NCBI GenBank assembly: GCA_035084275.1
Contig: CM068742.1
Coordinates: forward strand, 123,938,001 to 124,002,000
Length of the DNA: 64,000 nt
Source of the DNA: Hydrolagus colliei
Lineage: Eukaryota
Reading direction: 5' to 3'
Position numbers and translations under genes: made by a program. The notes below the pieces were generated by a model, which saw only the letters and a list, made by a program, of their open reading frames with translations, was not told the DNA's origin and made no database searches. Position 1 is the first letter of the stretch; each line of letters starts with the position of its first letter. This document shows positions 13,182-24,826 of this stretch, in pieces.

Positions 13182-13424
13182 TGGCCAAGAGAAGCTCTTC
13201 TCTCTGTATCAGAGACCTTTTTCATAAATGTTGAGCTGGGAAGTGAAGAAATGAAGAGCAAATTTTCACAAATGTGTGTAGAAATCCACACGAGTGTAAA
13301 TATAATGGCAGAGAAATACTACTCTGAACTCCGGCGTAGGTATTATACAACACCCACATCCTACCTCGAACTGATCAACCTTTACTTGTCCATGCTATCG
13401 CAAAAACAGAACGAATTAATTTCG
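13182..13424 (+). CDS. DNAH6: DNAH6 exon w8 ([10 protein letters not shown]...[10 protein letters not shown]...ELIS)
   Basis: tttag|TGG, TCG|gtaag; phase 0-0. Confidence 0.95.
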
Positions 13425-13769
13425 GTAAGATTGTAGTTTCTGACTTCTGAAAATCCATTCATTAATTTTATATCTGTTTAAAATATTTGTGATGTAATTG
13501 TTGGGTATCTCCACTTTGGCTGACATTAATAGAAGCTTAAATCTGCAGCAACTTGCTAATTCAAGTACTGTAGTTATATTTTTCTTGCTATGCAGCAATG
13601 CCCTCTCACATTGCATCATGGCAAATGCTAAAAACACCATCATAAATAATAAAAGGAACCCAAAGGTCATATGCTTTTGAATTGCATGGATTATGACAAT
13701 CTCCTCCAGGCTCAATATCTCAGTCTTCACTGCCAATAAAATGTTGCTATAGCTTCAGTCCCCTATGTT

Positions 13770-14240
13770 TTTTATACAGTTTTCGGGCCTGTAGTCACAC
13801 CGTGCCCAGTTTTCCCTCCATTTTTGAAGATGGTCCAGGCGGGCGGCGAGCACAAGGAGCGGTTGCTGGACTATTTTTGATTGATATTATTTTTGTTGTT
13901 AATATTATTGCTTTTGTTGTTTATTGTTCTTGATTTTGTTTATTGTTGTTGTTTGATTTCCCCCCCTCCTGCCCCCTGGCCTTCCCCGCCCCCTTTTCTT
14001 CCCTTACTCCCTTTCCCCACTTTCTCTCCCCCCTTTTCCCCTTCTCTCCCTCTTCCCTCTTGCCCCCCTCTCTCCCTTGCACCCCTCCCCTTTTCCTATC
14101 TATTGTTTGCCACCTTCATCTTCCTCTCCCCCTTTCCTCTTTTCCCCCTTTCTCCCCTGGCCCTATTTTCACGACTGTTTGTGGGACACTGCTGTGCGCA
14201 ATTTGGCTGCCGCGTTTCACCCACAAATATACTGTTAATT
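13770..14240 (+). mobile_element. Deu-bearing retroelement 3' region (family C): ORF-end-like segment, T-rich tract, polypyrimidine tract, Deu core
   Basis: Shares blocks with 43017-43338 and 61178-61850 (reverse complement). Confidence 0.65.
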
Positions 14241-14320
14241 TTCCTTCCTTCCTTCCTTCCTTCCTTCCTTCCTTCCTTCCTTCCTTCCTTCCTTCCTTGC
14301 TTGCTTGCTTGCTTGCTTGC
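14241..14320. repeat. Compound microsatellite (TTCC)n(TTGC)n
   Basis: Directly visible. Confidence 0.95.
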
Positions 14321-14438
14321 TATGGAACAAAATATAGATCTCCCTTCCTAAATGTTTAGGTTCTGCAAGAATTTCCACCATAAATTGCTTTAATTTGTTT
14401 CATTTTACAGCAAAAGCCATTCATCTGTATTCACAAAA

Positions 14439-15013
14439 TAGGTATCCCTCAATTCGCAACCGAGTTGTGTTCCTGAAAAATGTCACTCAAATCGAAACGT
14501 GGTTTTCCAATGCGGTCCCATTGTATAACCCGAGATGCGTTCTTTTCACAAAATGTTCGGACCTTAAACCCACTAAATAGCACACAAAACACACAAAATA
14601 ATACACATAGGCAAGAAGGGGTACTCGGGGTAATTGTACAGTACTGTACTTTAAAACTGGTTAAATTACTGTAATACTGACTTAGCTTGGTGTCGCTTCA
14701 CAATCAGCTGGCTTTTAAACAATGACCTAGCGACGTGCTATTGGCCAGTTCAAATGCTTGGATACACTATACAAATGCAATTTTACCACAAAATACACTA
14801 TGTATTGCGCATGCACAAAAAAGACATGCTAAATACGACTGCAATTTTATCGTGAAATACACTATGTACTGTGCATGCGCAAAAAAGATGTACCAAATTT
14901 TGGGGTCATTAAATCAAAACCAAATGTCGTATATCGATAAGAAGGTGTTAAAAAATTATGTTTGTTGAATCGAAACAGTGTAAATAGAAGCGTCATAAAT
15001 CAGGGGTTACCTG
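14439..15013. mobile_element. Tigger-like MITE, diverged
   Basis: Ends taggtatccct... and ...aggggttacctg followed by TA; repeated aatcgaaac subterminal motifs. Confidence 0.6.
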
Positions 15014-15162
15014 TAGTTATGTTGTGCAGCAACAACAACAACTTGCATTTACATACAGTCCTTCTTGTACAGACAACTTGCTGGGTAGGGTCTTGGAGAC
15101 GGACGCCAAGCTGAGTGAGGGAGTAGATGACTGTATACATGTCTAAAGAGGAATGTCTTTAG

Positions 15163-15972
15163 TAGGGTCCGGCGATATATCGATATATCGGTTATATCCG
15201 ATATAATTTTCATATCGATATGCCAATATATGCATTTTGAAAATATCGATATATCGCAAAAAATCGGAATGCGCGCACACTGAACTACAAGACCCAGAAT
15301 GCTCATCTCTATAAACAATGCACAGACTGAGGTGCAAGCCGCCATATTGTATTCATAGTTCTTGAATACAATATACAGGTATACAAGGGGTGGGGGTGGA
15401 GAGAGACGGGGGGAGGTGGGAAGAGATGGGGGGAAGGGGGGGAGAGACGGGGGAGGGGGGAGAGAGATGGGGGAAGGGGGGGAGAGATGGGGGAAGGGGG
15501 GGAGAGATGGGGGAGGAGAGACGGCGGGAGAATCGGCGGGGAGGGGGAGAGTCGGCAGTGGGGGGGGGGGGGAACAGACGGCGGGGACGGAGAGAGATGG
15601 GGAGGGGGGAGAGAGATGGGGGGGGGAGAGATACAGGGGGCGGGGAGAGACGGTGTGGGGGGGAGAGACGGGTGGGGGGGAGACGGGGGGGATGTGATAA
15701 TATACAGATGGATGGATGGGGGGGAATGTGAGAGAGGAGAGAGACACAGAGTCACGGACAGAAAAACACAGAGATGGAGAGAGTGAGTGTGAGAGACACA
15801 GAGAGAGAGAGAGATATTTACCTGCTGAGGAGATAGGCCCGAATGCGCGCGCTCCTCCGAATGCACGCGCATGCGCAGTACGAAAACCCAGAAAATATTG
15901 ATATATCAGTATATCTCGATATGAGCCCATCGATATATCAAAATCGGAAAATTTCCATATCGACGGACCCTA
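15163..15972 (-). mobile_element. Non-autonomous hAT MITE, copy 2 (inverted), inserted in an L2 fragment
   Basis: Same TIRs; TSD GTCTTTAG on both sides; flanking L2 sequence continues to about 16300. Confidence 0.92.
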
Positions 15973-16672
15973 GTCTTTAGGTGATCTGAAAAAGAGGAAG
16001 GAGTGGGCAATGTGGAGGGATTGAGGGACAGAGTTCCAAAGTTTTGGGGTGTAGTGACTGAAAGTATGGACACTGATGGTGGAGTGGAAAGGATAAGGGA
16101 GGAAAGGAAAGCAGGAGGTTACATCCTAACGGAGGTAGCAGCACATGGTGGAGTGATAAGTAAGCAGGTCAGAGAGGTAGGCTGTTGCCAGTGAATGAAG
16201 AGATTTGTGGACGAGTGTGAGGATCTTGAAGTCGATCCATTCTGTAATAGGGAGGCATTAAGGGAGGTTTTGAGGGACAGAATTCCGAAGTTTTGGAGTG
16301 AAATTTTTTACTGTTAAACTATTTTTAGACCAGAGAACATTGAAAGACTTGTACTGCTTGAATAACTCAAATAATTGTAAAAATACAATTTTAAAGGTAA
16401 AATGAAATTTTTGTGGCGAGTATTCAAAATCTTATCTCGTTTTTTTTAAATAGATTGACTGTGAACAACTTGAGGGAGAAAGTATTCTCCAAATGTATTT
16501 GGAGTGTTTAGTCCCAAACCTAACATTAAATAGTGTCAGATGATATTTAAGGAATTGAATGCATTTAGGAATACTGCATACCGTAGTTGACGCCTAAATA
16601 AACCTGCTACATTTAGAAAATTGTATTGTTGGTATTGCTAATATCATTTTCTACTTTCTTTTCTAATGACAG

Positions 16673-16840
16673 GCTCGGGATCGTGTTAAAAATGGTCTCA
16701 CCAAATTGTTGGAAACTAATGATCTGGTGGATAAAATGAAAATTGAACTTTCAGCTCTGGAGCCTATACTGCAACAGAAATCAGTTGAAGTGAATGCTTT
16801 GATGCAGAAATTGACTGTGGATCAGACTGAGGCAGACACG
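16673..16840 (+). CDS. DNAH6: DNAH6 exon w9 (stalk CC1; [16 protein letters not shown]...EADT)
   Basis: gacag|GCT, ACG|gtaag; missed by ORF track. Confidence 0.93.
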
Positions 16841-17704
16841 GTAAGCAATATGAGAAAAGAACTATGAAGAAACTGCTGATTATTAAGTGTACACTGTTGA
16901 GTCCACTCAATTTAAACATTAGTTGAGAATTCAAGTTTCAATATGAGAGTTTTAGAATGCAAAACAAACTACAGGATACATATCTTAATTCTGAATATTT
17001 AACACAACCATAGTAGTTTCACGCTGACTAAATATTCTGTAAGTATAGTTTTAATTTTAACTTGTGAAGTTTTATTTATGAATTTTGACTGAATATTAAA
17101 TAATTATACATATGTTTAAACTCCAAAAGCCAAACTGGAGGCAGAAGCTGAGAGTCATTCTTCCTATAAGCTTGAAATCACACAGGAACCATATTCTCTG
17201 CTCAGTCCTGACTGAATTCTGATGTTATATCTTAGTTATTTATTTCTGGAGGAAAAGTATTGCAGTAATTCTACATTGTTTCTTTCCCACCAAAGTTAAT
17301 ACTGTACTGTATTGTGTTTAATTGTTGGTGATTATTTTCCAAATTTTTTTCAGAGTTTCCATGAGTTGTGATGTTCAGTAAGTTATTGTCCATTTATTTT
17401 TGTGAAGTGAAGTGGCCTTTATTCCCCTCTATTTTTTGCATGAATAAACTGTGAAATACAAAGAATGCTGGTGTGGAACTAATCTGATGCATTACAATGG
17501 GCCTGAGCTGAACTGACTTTGAGGGGTGATGTCTGATAAAAACAAAAAATCAGGTCTATATTACCTGTATTACTGTGCAGATGTCGAAACAAAGATGTGG
17601 CCACTATATGGGTTGAAAGTAGAATACAATGGCTTTGATTTTGCCAGTGTGATGCTAAATTGTATTCTTAAATGGTCATTTTTGCTGTTGGGAGTAAAGG
17701 ACTT

Positions 17705-18385
17705 AGAATCATAGAATCTTACAGCACAAAAGGAGACCATTCGGCTCATCGAGTCTGTGCCGGCTCTTTAAAAAGAGCAATTTAATCCCACTCCCCAGCT
17801 CTCTCCCCATAACCTCACAAACCCGTCCCCCCCAAATAAATGTCTACCTCTTTTTTAAAAGCTGTTATCGAATCGGCCTCCACCACCTTTTCAGGCAATG
17901 CATTCCAGATTCAAACAACTCGCTGGGTGAAAAAAATTCTCCTCATCTCCCCTCTGCTTCTTTTGAAAACTATTTTAAATCTGTGACCATGATATGCCCA
18001 CCAGTGGAAACAGTTTTTCCATATCTACTCTGTCGAATCCCCTCATGATCTTAAAAACCTTTATTAGGTCTCCTCGCAACCTTCTTTGTTCCAATGAGAA
18101 TAAACCTAGCCTCTCTAACCTTCCCTCATACCTGAAGTCCCTCATTCCTGGTACCATCCTAGTAAATCTCCTCTGCACCATTTCCAATGCCTTAACATCC
18201 TTAGTAAAGTGTGGTGACCAGAATTGTATACAGTACTGTAGCTGAGGCCTTTGTTTTCTTTATAAGCCTTTCATGTGGCACTTTGTCAAAATGCCCTTTG
18301 AAAGTCCATACAAACTACACCAACTGCACTACCCTCATCCACCCATTCCGTTACCTCATCAAAATGTTTTATCAGATTTGTCAGA
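17705..18385 (-). mobile_element. CR1-clade LINE 3' fragment
   Basis: VQRRFTRMVPG..YEGRLERLGLFSLEQRRLRGDLI motif; catagaat tail. Confidence 0.9.
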
Positions 18386-18400
18386 CTTTACCACTACTGA

Positions 18401-18775
18401 GGTAAATTCTGGCTGAGTGTTCACCAGAATATGCTCACCAAGTGAATGCAGTTGTTTAAAATAGGATCTAATCCTTGCATTTTGATGTAGTACTTTGCAT
18501 GTCTTCTAGATGTCTCAAAGCGCTTCACAGAATATACTGTAAAGTGAATTGACGGTATATTTGTGGGCGAATTGCGGCAACCAGTTGTGCACAGCAGTGT
18601 CCCACAAACAGTCATGGATTGAGTGACCAAATTATTATAGCTTTTTTTGGATGGATTATTATTCGGCGTGTGGAGTAAGGAAACTTGGCCTTGTTTCGCT
18701 CTGGCCTGGCTGGATTCGAAACACAGGTCTCATGTTTGTAAGGCAAGTGCTCTAACCACTGAATGATAGGACTCC
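18401..18775 (-). mobile_element. tRNA/Deu SINE, full length with extended tail
   Basis: Head, Deu core, L2-type tail, and extension shared with 9850-9917. Confidence 0.85.
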
Positions 18776-18784
18776 AAAAAATAT

Positions 18785-19372
18785 AGAGATTCATAGATTC
18801 ATAGATTCATAGAATTTTACAGCACAAAAGGAGGCCATTCGGCCCATCTAGTCTGTGCCGGCTCTTTGAAAAGAGCGATTCAATCCCACTGCCCTGCCCG
18901 CTCCCCATAGCCTAATAGACCTGTTCTCCCTAAATAAAGATCTCATTCCCTTTTAAAAGTTGTTATCGAATCAGCCCCCACCACCTTTTCAGGCAATGCA
19001 TTCCAGATTCGAACAACTCGCTGAGTGAAAATAATTCTCCTCAGCTCCCCTCTACTTCGCCTTGAAACTATTTTAAATCTGTGACCACGAGTCACAGATT
19101 CGCCCACGAGTGGAAATAGTTTTTCTCTATTTGCCCTGTCGAAACCACTCATGATCTTATAAACCTCTATTAGGTCTCCCCTCAATCTTCTCTGCTCCAG
19201 AGAGAATAACCCTAGCCTATCTAGCCTCTCCTCATAGCTGAAGTCCCTCAATCCTGGCACCATCCTAGTAAATCTTCTTTGTACCCTTTCCAATGTCTTC
19301 ACATCCTTTCTGTAGTGTGGTGACCAGAATTGAACACAGTACTCCAGCTGAGGCCTCACCAAAGATCTATGG
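18785..19372 (-). mobile_element. CR1-clade LINE 3' fragment (well preserved)
   Basis: 146-aa ORF SLVRPQLEYCVQFWSPHYRKD...TRGH...FTQRVVRIWNALP; (CATAGATT)n tail. Confidence 0.93.
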
Positions 19373-19933
19373 ATAACTTGCATTTAAAAACAGGAGAACT
19401 TCTATTTTTTTTAAAAGAATAAGGAAGACCTTAGGAATTGAGGGCAAGATGTGCAGAGATTTTCTCATAGGCTGGAAGATAACACTATTAACTCTTGCTC
19501 CACTACCTGGGGATTGGGCAACCTTAAGGAGGTTTTGTGGGGAATAAGTGCATCCTTCACAGAATAGAGGATCTATTTTTTCTTTTTTGGTGTGTTGCGT
19601 GTGTGTTTGGAATATTTGTATCCTGTTTAATTATAAAGTTTATCTGTCAAGTTGGATATCATTGGATGTTGATGCATCAAGATGACACCAAATTAGACTT
19701 CCAGTGGTGTATGAAGGTTGCTGAGAATGGAAAACATGGTGTGATATTGCCTCACACATTTTCAAATACTGTAGTTTGCTCTCTTTTTCTCCTTTGATAT
19801 CCATTGTGTAAGTGGATTTGATGGTTGCATTCTCAATGTTTAAAATAATGAAATAAGCCTTAAATTGAAAGTCAGTACTACTCAAATTAAATGTGTGAAG
19901 TAATTTCAAGTATTCTTTTGTTGGATATGATAG

Positions 19934-20169
19934 GTTCGTCATATTGTTAAGGAAGATCAAGCACTTGCTAAAGTAAAGGCTGAAACTACCCAAGCTATTG
20001 CTGATGATGCTCAGCAAGATCTTGATGAAGCTATGCCAGCATTGGATGCAGCCATCAAAGCTCTTGACTCTTTGGACAAAGCAGATATATCTGAAGTTAG
20101 AGTATTCACTAAACCTCCCGATCTTGTTATGACTGTCATGGAAGCAATGTGTATCCTCCTTAATGCCAA
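19934..20169 (+). CDS. DNAH6: DNAH6 exon w10 (stalk CC1/MTBD; VRHIVKED...DLDEAMPAL...[12 protein letters not shown])
   Basis: gatag|GTT, GCCAA|gtaag. Confidence 0.94.
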
Positions 20170-20569
20170 GTAAGTATGCGTTACTTCCTTTGTTGTAGTG
20201 TTTTGGTAGTGCAGAAGCAATTTTTTTGAATGTGAATATTTGAATTTAAAAATGCATAGTTGGTGCAGTGTCATACAACTTCAAATTATATAACAATTTT
20301 CACACAAAGAATTCCTGAATTGTTTTATAGAATGAAATAATTGAGAAATGAGCAAATTTTGTTAATGTATGTAAACTGTACAGTTCATTTGCACTCAGTA
20401 ATGTTCCACAAACAAAGATGGAAGAGTAACTACTGGATTCGAATAAGAGATGAGTATAAAAATGAGGAATGAATGTAAGCCATGTTAACCAAGACAAAAC
20501 CACCGGCTCATTGAAATAGCAGGGCAGGATTTATGGCAGTCGTGGATTTGATTGAACAAATAGACAGAG

Positions 20570-21495
20570 AGCTTGGTGGTTTGAATCTCGTGCTGTGTGG
20601 TGTTGTCCCCTGATGTTCTGTCAGCCTGCCTTTCAGACATCAGGGGCTGGATGAGTGCAAATTTCTTGCAGCTGAATGTCGACAAGACGGAGGCTATACT
20701 CCTTAGCTCTCGTCAACGTCTCCACTCACACGGCTCTCACCTCCTCCACCTTCCCGGCCTGCCCCTAAAACTCTCCGAACCTGTCCGCAAACTAGGTGTC
20801 AGGTTCAACCCCCAACTGTCCTTCCTCCCCCACATCCGGTCCGTTACCAGCACTACCTTCTATCACCTCTAACGGATTGCTTGTCTCCGGCAATACCTCA
20901 CCTCAAAAGCCGCTGAAACCTTGGTCCATGCCTTTGTCACCTCTCGGCTGGACTATTGCAACGCCCTCCTCTCCGGTCTCCCCTCCACCACAATCCACAA
21001 AATCCCGCTAATCCAAAACTCTGCCACCCGCATACTCACCCGCTCTAAGCTTCGCTTCCTCATTACCCCTGTACTTGCCAGACTTCACTAGCTTCCTATC
21101 CCAGAGAGGATCGACTTCAAGATCCTCACCCTTGTTTTCAAATCCCTCCACTCCTCTGCACCCCCCTTTTCTCTCTGATCTCCTCTCCCCCCAACCCTTC
21201 GCCTTCGCTCCTCTGGGTGTGGCCTCCTCCATGTCCCCGAATCCTCTGCTCCACCCTCAGTGCCGTGCCTTCAGCCACTACGCCCCGAGGCTCTGGAACT
21301 CTATTCCTCACTCCCTTCGCCTCGCCCCCTCTCTTCCCAGTTTCAGGTCACTGCTGAAGACCTTTCTCTTCGATCGTGCTTTTGGTCACCTTTCTGCTCC
21401 TGCCCCTGGCTCGGTCCCGGGATCCCCTATTGTAAAGCGCTCTGAGACGCCGTCCGGCGTGGAAGGCGCTATATAGATTGAAGTTGTTGTTGTTG
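20570..21495 (+). mobile_element. L2 LINE 3' fragment with intact tail
   Basis: CLSDIRGWMSANFLQLNVDKTE, FSHYAPRLWNS..LKTFLF; tail gtaaagcgctctgagacg...gcgctatata then (GTT)n. Confidence 0.92.
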
Positions 21496-21941
21496 TGTTT
21501 GCTCATCTCAGCTAGAATTGCATAAGGAGACTAAGTTAACCTTGGCTTTTTCGGGGTTCCGAAGTTGAAAATTAGCCAGACTGACGGGTACTGGCACCTC
21601 TTCAGCACATTCTACTGATAGTGTGCGCTTGAGAGCTGACTGTGGGATGATGTGACCCTTTACAGACTTTCTGATACACGGCCAAGGCTCATACATGAAC
21701 AATGGCTACTTTGGCATGATGCAGGATGTCCTGGCCAACAATCCATAGATATCATTAGTTATTGACATCATAGTTGTTTGCGTGACATAAATTGTTTCCC
21801 CTGTTTGTCTGTAAAATACACAGTCACTGGACACTAAAATTTAGTGAAGCATCTTGAGATTTCTTGGCAATGATAACATGTAATATCAAATGCAAAGATA
21901 ATTAGTTTAACCACCTGAATCATAATTCAGAAGTTACCTAA

Positions 21942-22256
21942 AATAACAATAATAATAATCCTTGCATTTGAAATAGCGCTTTTCACGTCTGCTAGACGTC
22001 TCAAAGAGCTTCACCCAATATACTGTAAAGTTAATTGACTGTATATTTGTGGGCAAAACGTGGAAGCCAATTGCACACAGCAGTGTCCCACAAACAGTTA
22101 TGAATTGTAGGACCAATTTTTAGTATTTTTTTTGAGGGATTATTATTAGGCGTGTGCAGTAAGTAAACTTGCCCAATGTTTTGCCCTGTGACCTGCCTGG
22201 ATTCAAACACAGCTCTCATGCTTGTAAGGCAAGTACTCTCACCACTGAGCTACAGG
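21942..22256 (-). mobile_element. tRNA/Deu SINE, full length
   Basis: Head, Deu core and tail on minus strand. Confidence 0.88.
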
Positions 22257-23029
22257 TGAGAGTATAAGTTAAATAACAACAACAACTTCGATTTATAAGT
22301 TAAATCAAAACAAGTGTCAGTAAATAATAAATGTATTTGATTTTTTCTGCCTGATTCACAGTGGTGTTTCACTACTGAGCAGTTACCAACTGTATCATCA
22401 TTGCACTATTCTTCCTGTATAAAACAAGTGATCTCAAGAGTGCTGTTTAAATGCTAACTCAACAACATTAAAGTATCAGATGATTGTGCTTTCAGTGCCT
22501 ATAAAGTGTTTTATTATATATGCAATTCCGTGCATGGTTAATTGCTTCAAAAAGCAGTGGAATATAAATGTTAATCTCGGCTTCACTTTTCTTTCACAAT
22601 CTCAGCAAGAAAGAATTTTAATTTTTCAAAAAAATGTAATGTCACCTTTAAATCCACTTTATCTGTTTGCTTTACAAAGAAAGCTATGAGACCTACTTGT
22701 TTATAGCCAATTACCAACTATCCAAGTTCTCTCAGAAATGAAGTTTTTAGAAGTGAAGTACTCAACAAGTCTGAGAATATTAATGATCCTGGTATTTGCT
22801 ACAGTGCCTTATTCTATTGTCGAAACATCTAAAAACACTTGATAGGAATTTACTTTTAAGAATAATGACTGTATTTGTAGGTAAAAGTGGCAGCCAATTT
22901 GCACACAGCTAATGTCCCACAAACAGCAATGAATTAAACGACCAAATTTATCTGGAAGGCACCATGAGAAACATTTTTCTCTTTTTGAATCATGCAATGG
23001 AAGTGTTTCATCCACCTGTACAGGCAGTC

Positions 23030-23180
23030 AATACCTCGGTCTCACCCAGAGATTGGCACTTCTGACTATGCAGTACAAACTTCCAACATGGCAGTAGAGT
23101 GTCAGCCTGGAATACGAGTTGAAAGCCCTAATATTTGGGCATGAACCCACAACCTTCTGACTCAGGCAAGAGTGCAAATA
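23030..23180 (-). mobile_element. Older tRNA-headed SINE family fragment (related copies near 29818-29975, 34155-34350, 38718-38800, 47905-48060)
   Basis: Shared gcactcttgcc..agtcagaa..gtgggttca...ctaggctgacact..a.tgcagt pattern. Confidence 0.6.
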
Positions 23181-23419
23181 AGTTAGGCTGATAACTCCTT
23201 CCAAGCTGAAAAATAAAATCAATGCCACATTTACCTATAAATGAAAACAAACCAAGCATTATTGACAAAAAATAATTGAAGACAAATTAACTGGTGAATT
23301 AACGTTTTGGGAATAAGAGACCTACACTTCACAGATCACAAAACATTTTTAAAAATCATGAAAACTTTTTGTTTTTTTTCAAAAAAGGAGGGAGAAACAT
23401 GTTTATTTTTGCTTCATAG

Positions 23420-23681
23420 AACTGACTGGGCTTCAGCTAAACAAGTTCTGGGTGATTCAAACTTCCTGAAGAAACTTGTGGAATATGACAAAGACAACAT
23501 CAAACCCCAGGTTCTGCAGAAGCTTCAGAAATATCTTAATAATCCTGATTTTGTACCTGAAAAGGTGGAGAAAGTGTCTAGAGCTTGTAAATCCATGTGC
23601 ATGTGGGTTAGAGCTATGGATCTGTATTCGCGAGTTATCAAGGAGGTACATCCAAAGCGAATAAAGCTAGCTGCTGCTCAG
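23420..23681 (+). CDS. DNAH6: DNAH6 exon w11 (MTBD/CC2; [15 protein letters not shown]...SMCMWVRAM...AAAQ)
   Basis: catag|A, CAG|gtaat. Confidence 0.95.
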
Positions 23682-23701
23682 GTAATATATTCATCAAAGT
23701 A

Positions 23702-24411
23702 CAGTAGAAGCCCGTTTATCCCTGACTCGATGCACCGGCACTTCCATATAACCGGCACATCAAAAAATGTCCCCATTCGATAAACCGGAACTTATCTGGA
23801 ACAATAGCAGTGAAGCATTTGTAAATGCATAAATAATAACATAATAACAGAATATTGTATTGGTACTTATTGTTAAAACTACTCTCTTGTAATTTTTACC
23901 TTTACTAGTAGATGCTGCGCTTGAAGCCATAATGCTGCGGTTGAGGTTTATAGTCCAGCAATTCTTTTTAAATGGAGCGGGTGAAAAAAACGGAGTGCGA
24001 CTTTAAGTCATACTTGCAGCAAGCTGATAACGCTAGCCGATAACCCACATTGTCGCGCACATGCGACACTAGTAGAATCTAGGGCTTCGGCTTGCAGCTA
24101 GTAAAGTTTTGCAACTTTAAAATCGCGCTGCCATTTTTTTCACCCGTTTGGCTCCATTTAAACAAGAATTGCTGGACTGTAAGCCTCAATCAGTAAAGGT
24201 GAGAAGTGCAAGAGAGGAGTTTTAACAATAAGTATCAATATAATATTCTGTTATTATCTGCTATTACTTAGTCTGGTGTGTATGGTGTATGTTAAAAGAA
24301 CTTTAATGTTTTTGTAGTGGGTTTTCGGCTGCAGGCTGCCTGAATATCCAGCAGGTACTTTAACCGACATTGGCCAGGTTCCGCGGGTGCCGGATAAACG
24401 AGCTTCTACTG
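23702..24411. mobile_element. Tigger-like MITE with a long internal foldback
   Basis: TIR cagtagaagcccgtttatcc / ggataaacgagcttctactg; left TA; internal inverted arms about 23840-24040 and 24085-24257. Confidence 0.8.
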
Positions 24412-24702
24412 TGTTTCACTTTGGCATTAAATACAGTAACATTTGGCATGTTATATTTTGAAATTGCAACAATAAAACAGATGACTTGCATGTCTTGATG
24501 CAAGTCATGTTTCAGGTAAGACTAGGTGACAGGTAAAGTTGTCACACTACTGTATTGTCGAAGCTAAAAATCAGACAGCTCATAGTTATAGTGAGATTTC
24601 AGTAAGTGTCAGCATCTGCCTGTCACTTTTGTTTTAGTGGAATTAACAACTGAATCATTTTTACATACAACATTACTTATAAATATATAATTTCTTCACT
24701 AG

Positions 24703-24826
24703 GCTGAACTAGATGCCACCTTATCGATGCTTAAAGAAAAGGAAAAAAAACTGAAACAAGTTGAGATGAAGATTGAAGAACTTCAAGAACAATATGAAAC
24801 CAATGTGAATGAGAAAGAGACACTTG
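24703..24826 (+). CDS. DNAH6: DNAH6 exon w12 (stalk CC2; AELDATLSMLKEKEKKL...EKETL)
   Basis: actag|GCT, CTTG|gtaag. Confidence 0.92.

Noticed and set aside
18943-19383. 146-aa ORF as an independent gene
   Set aside because: It is the C-terminal end of a 5'-truncated CR1 ORF2.
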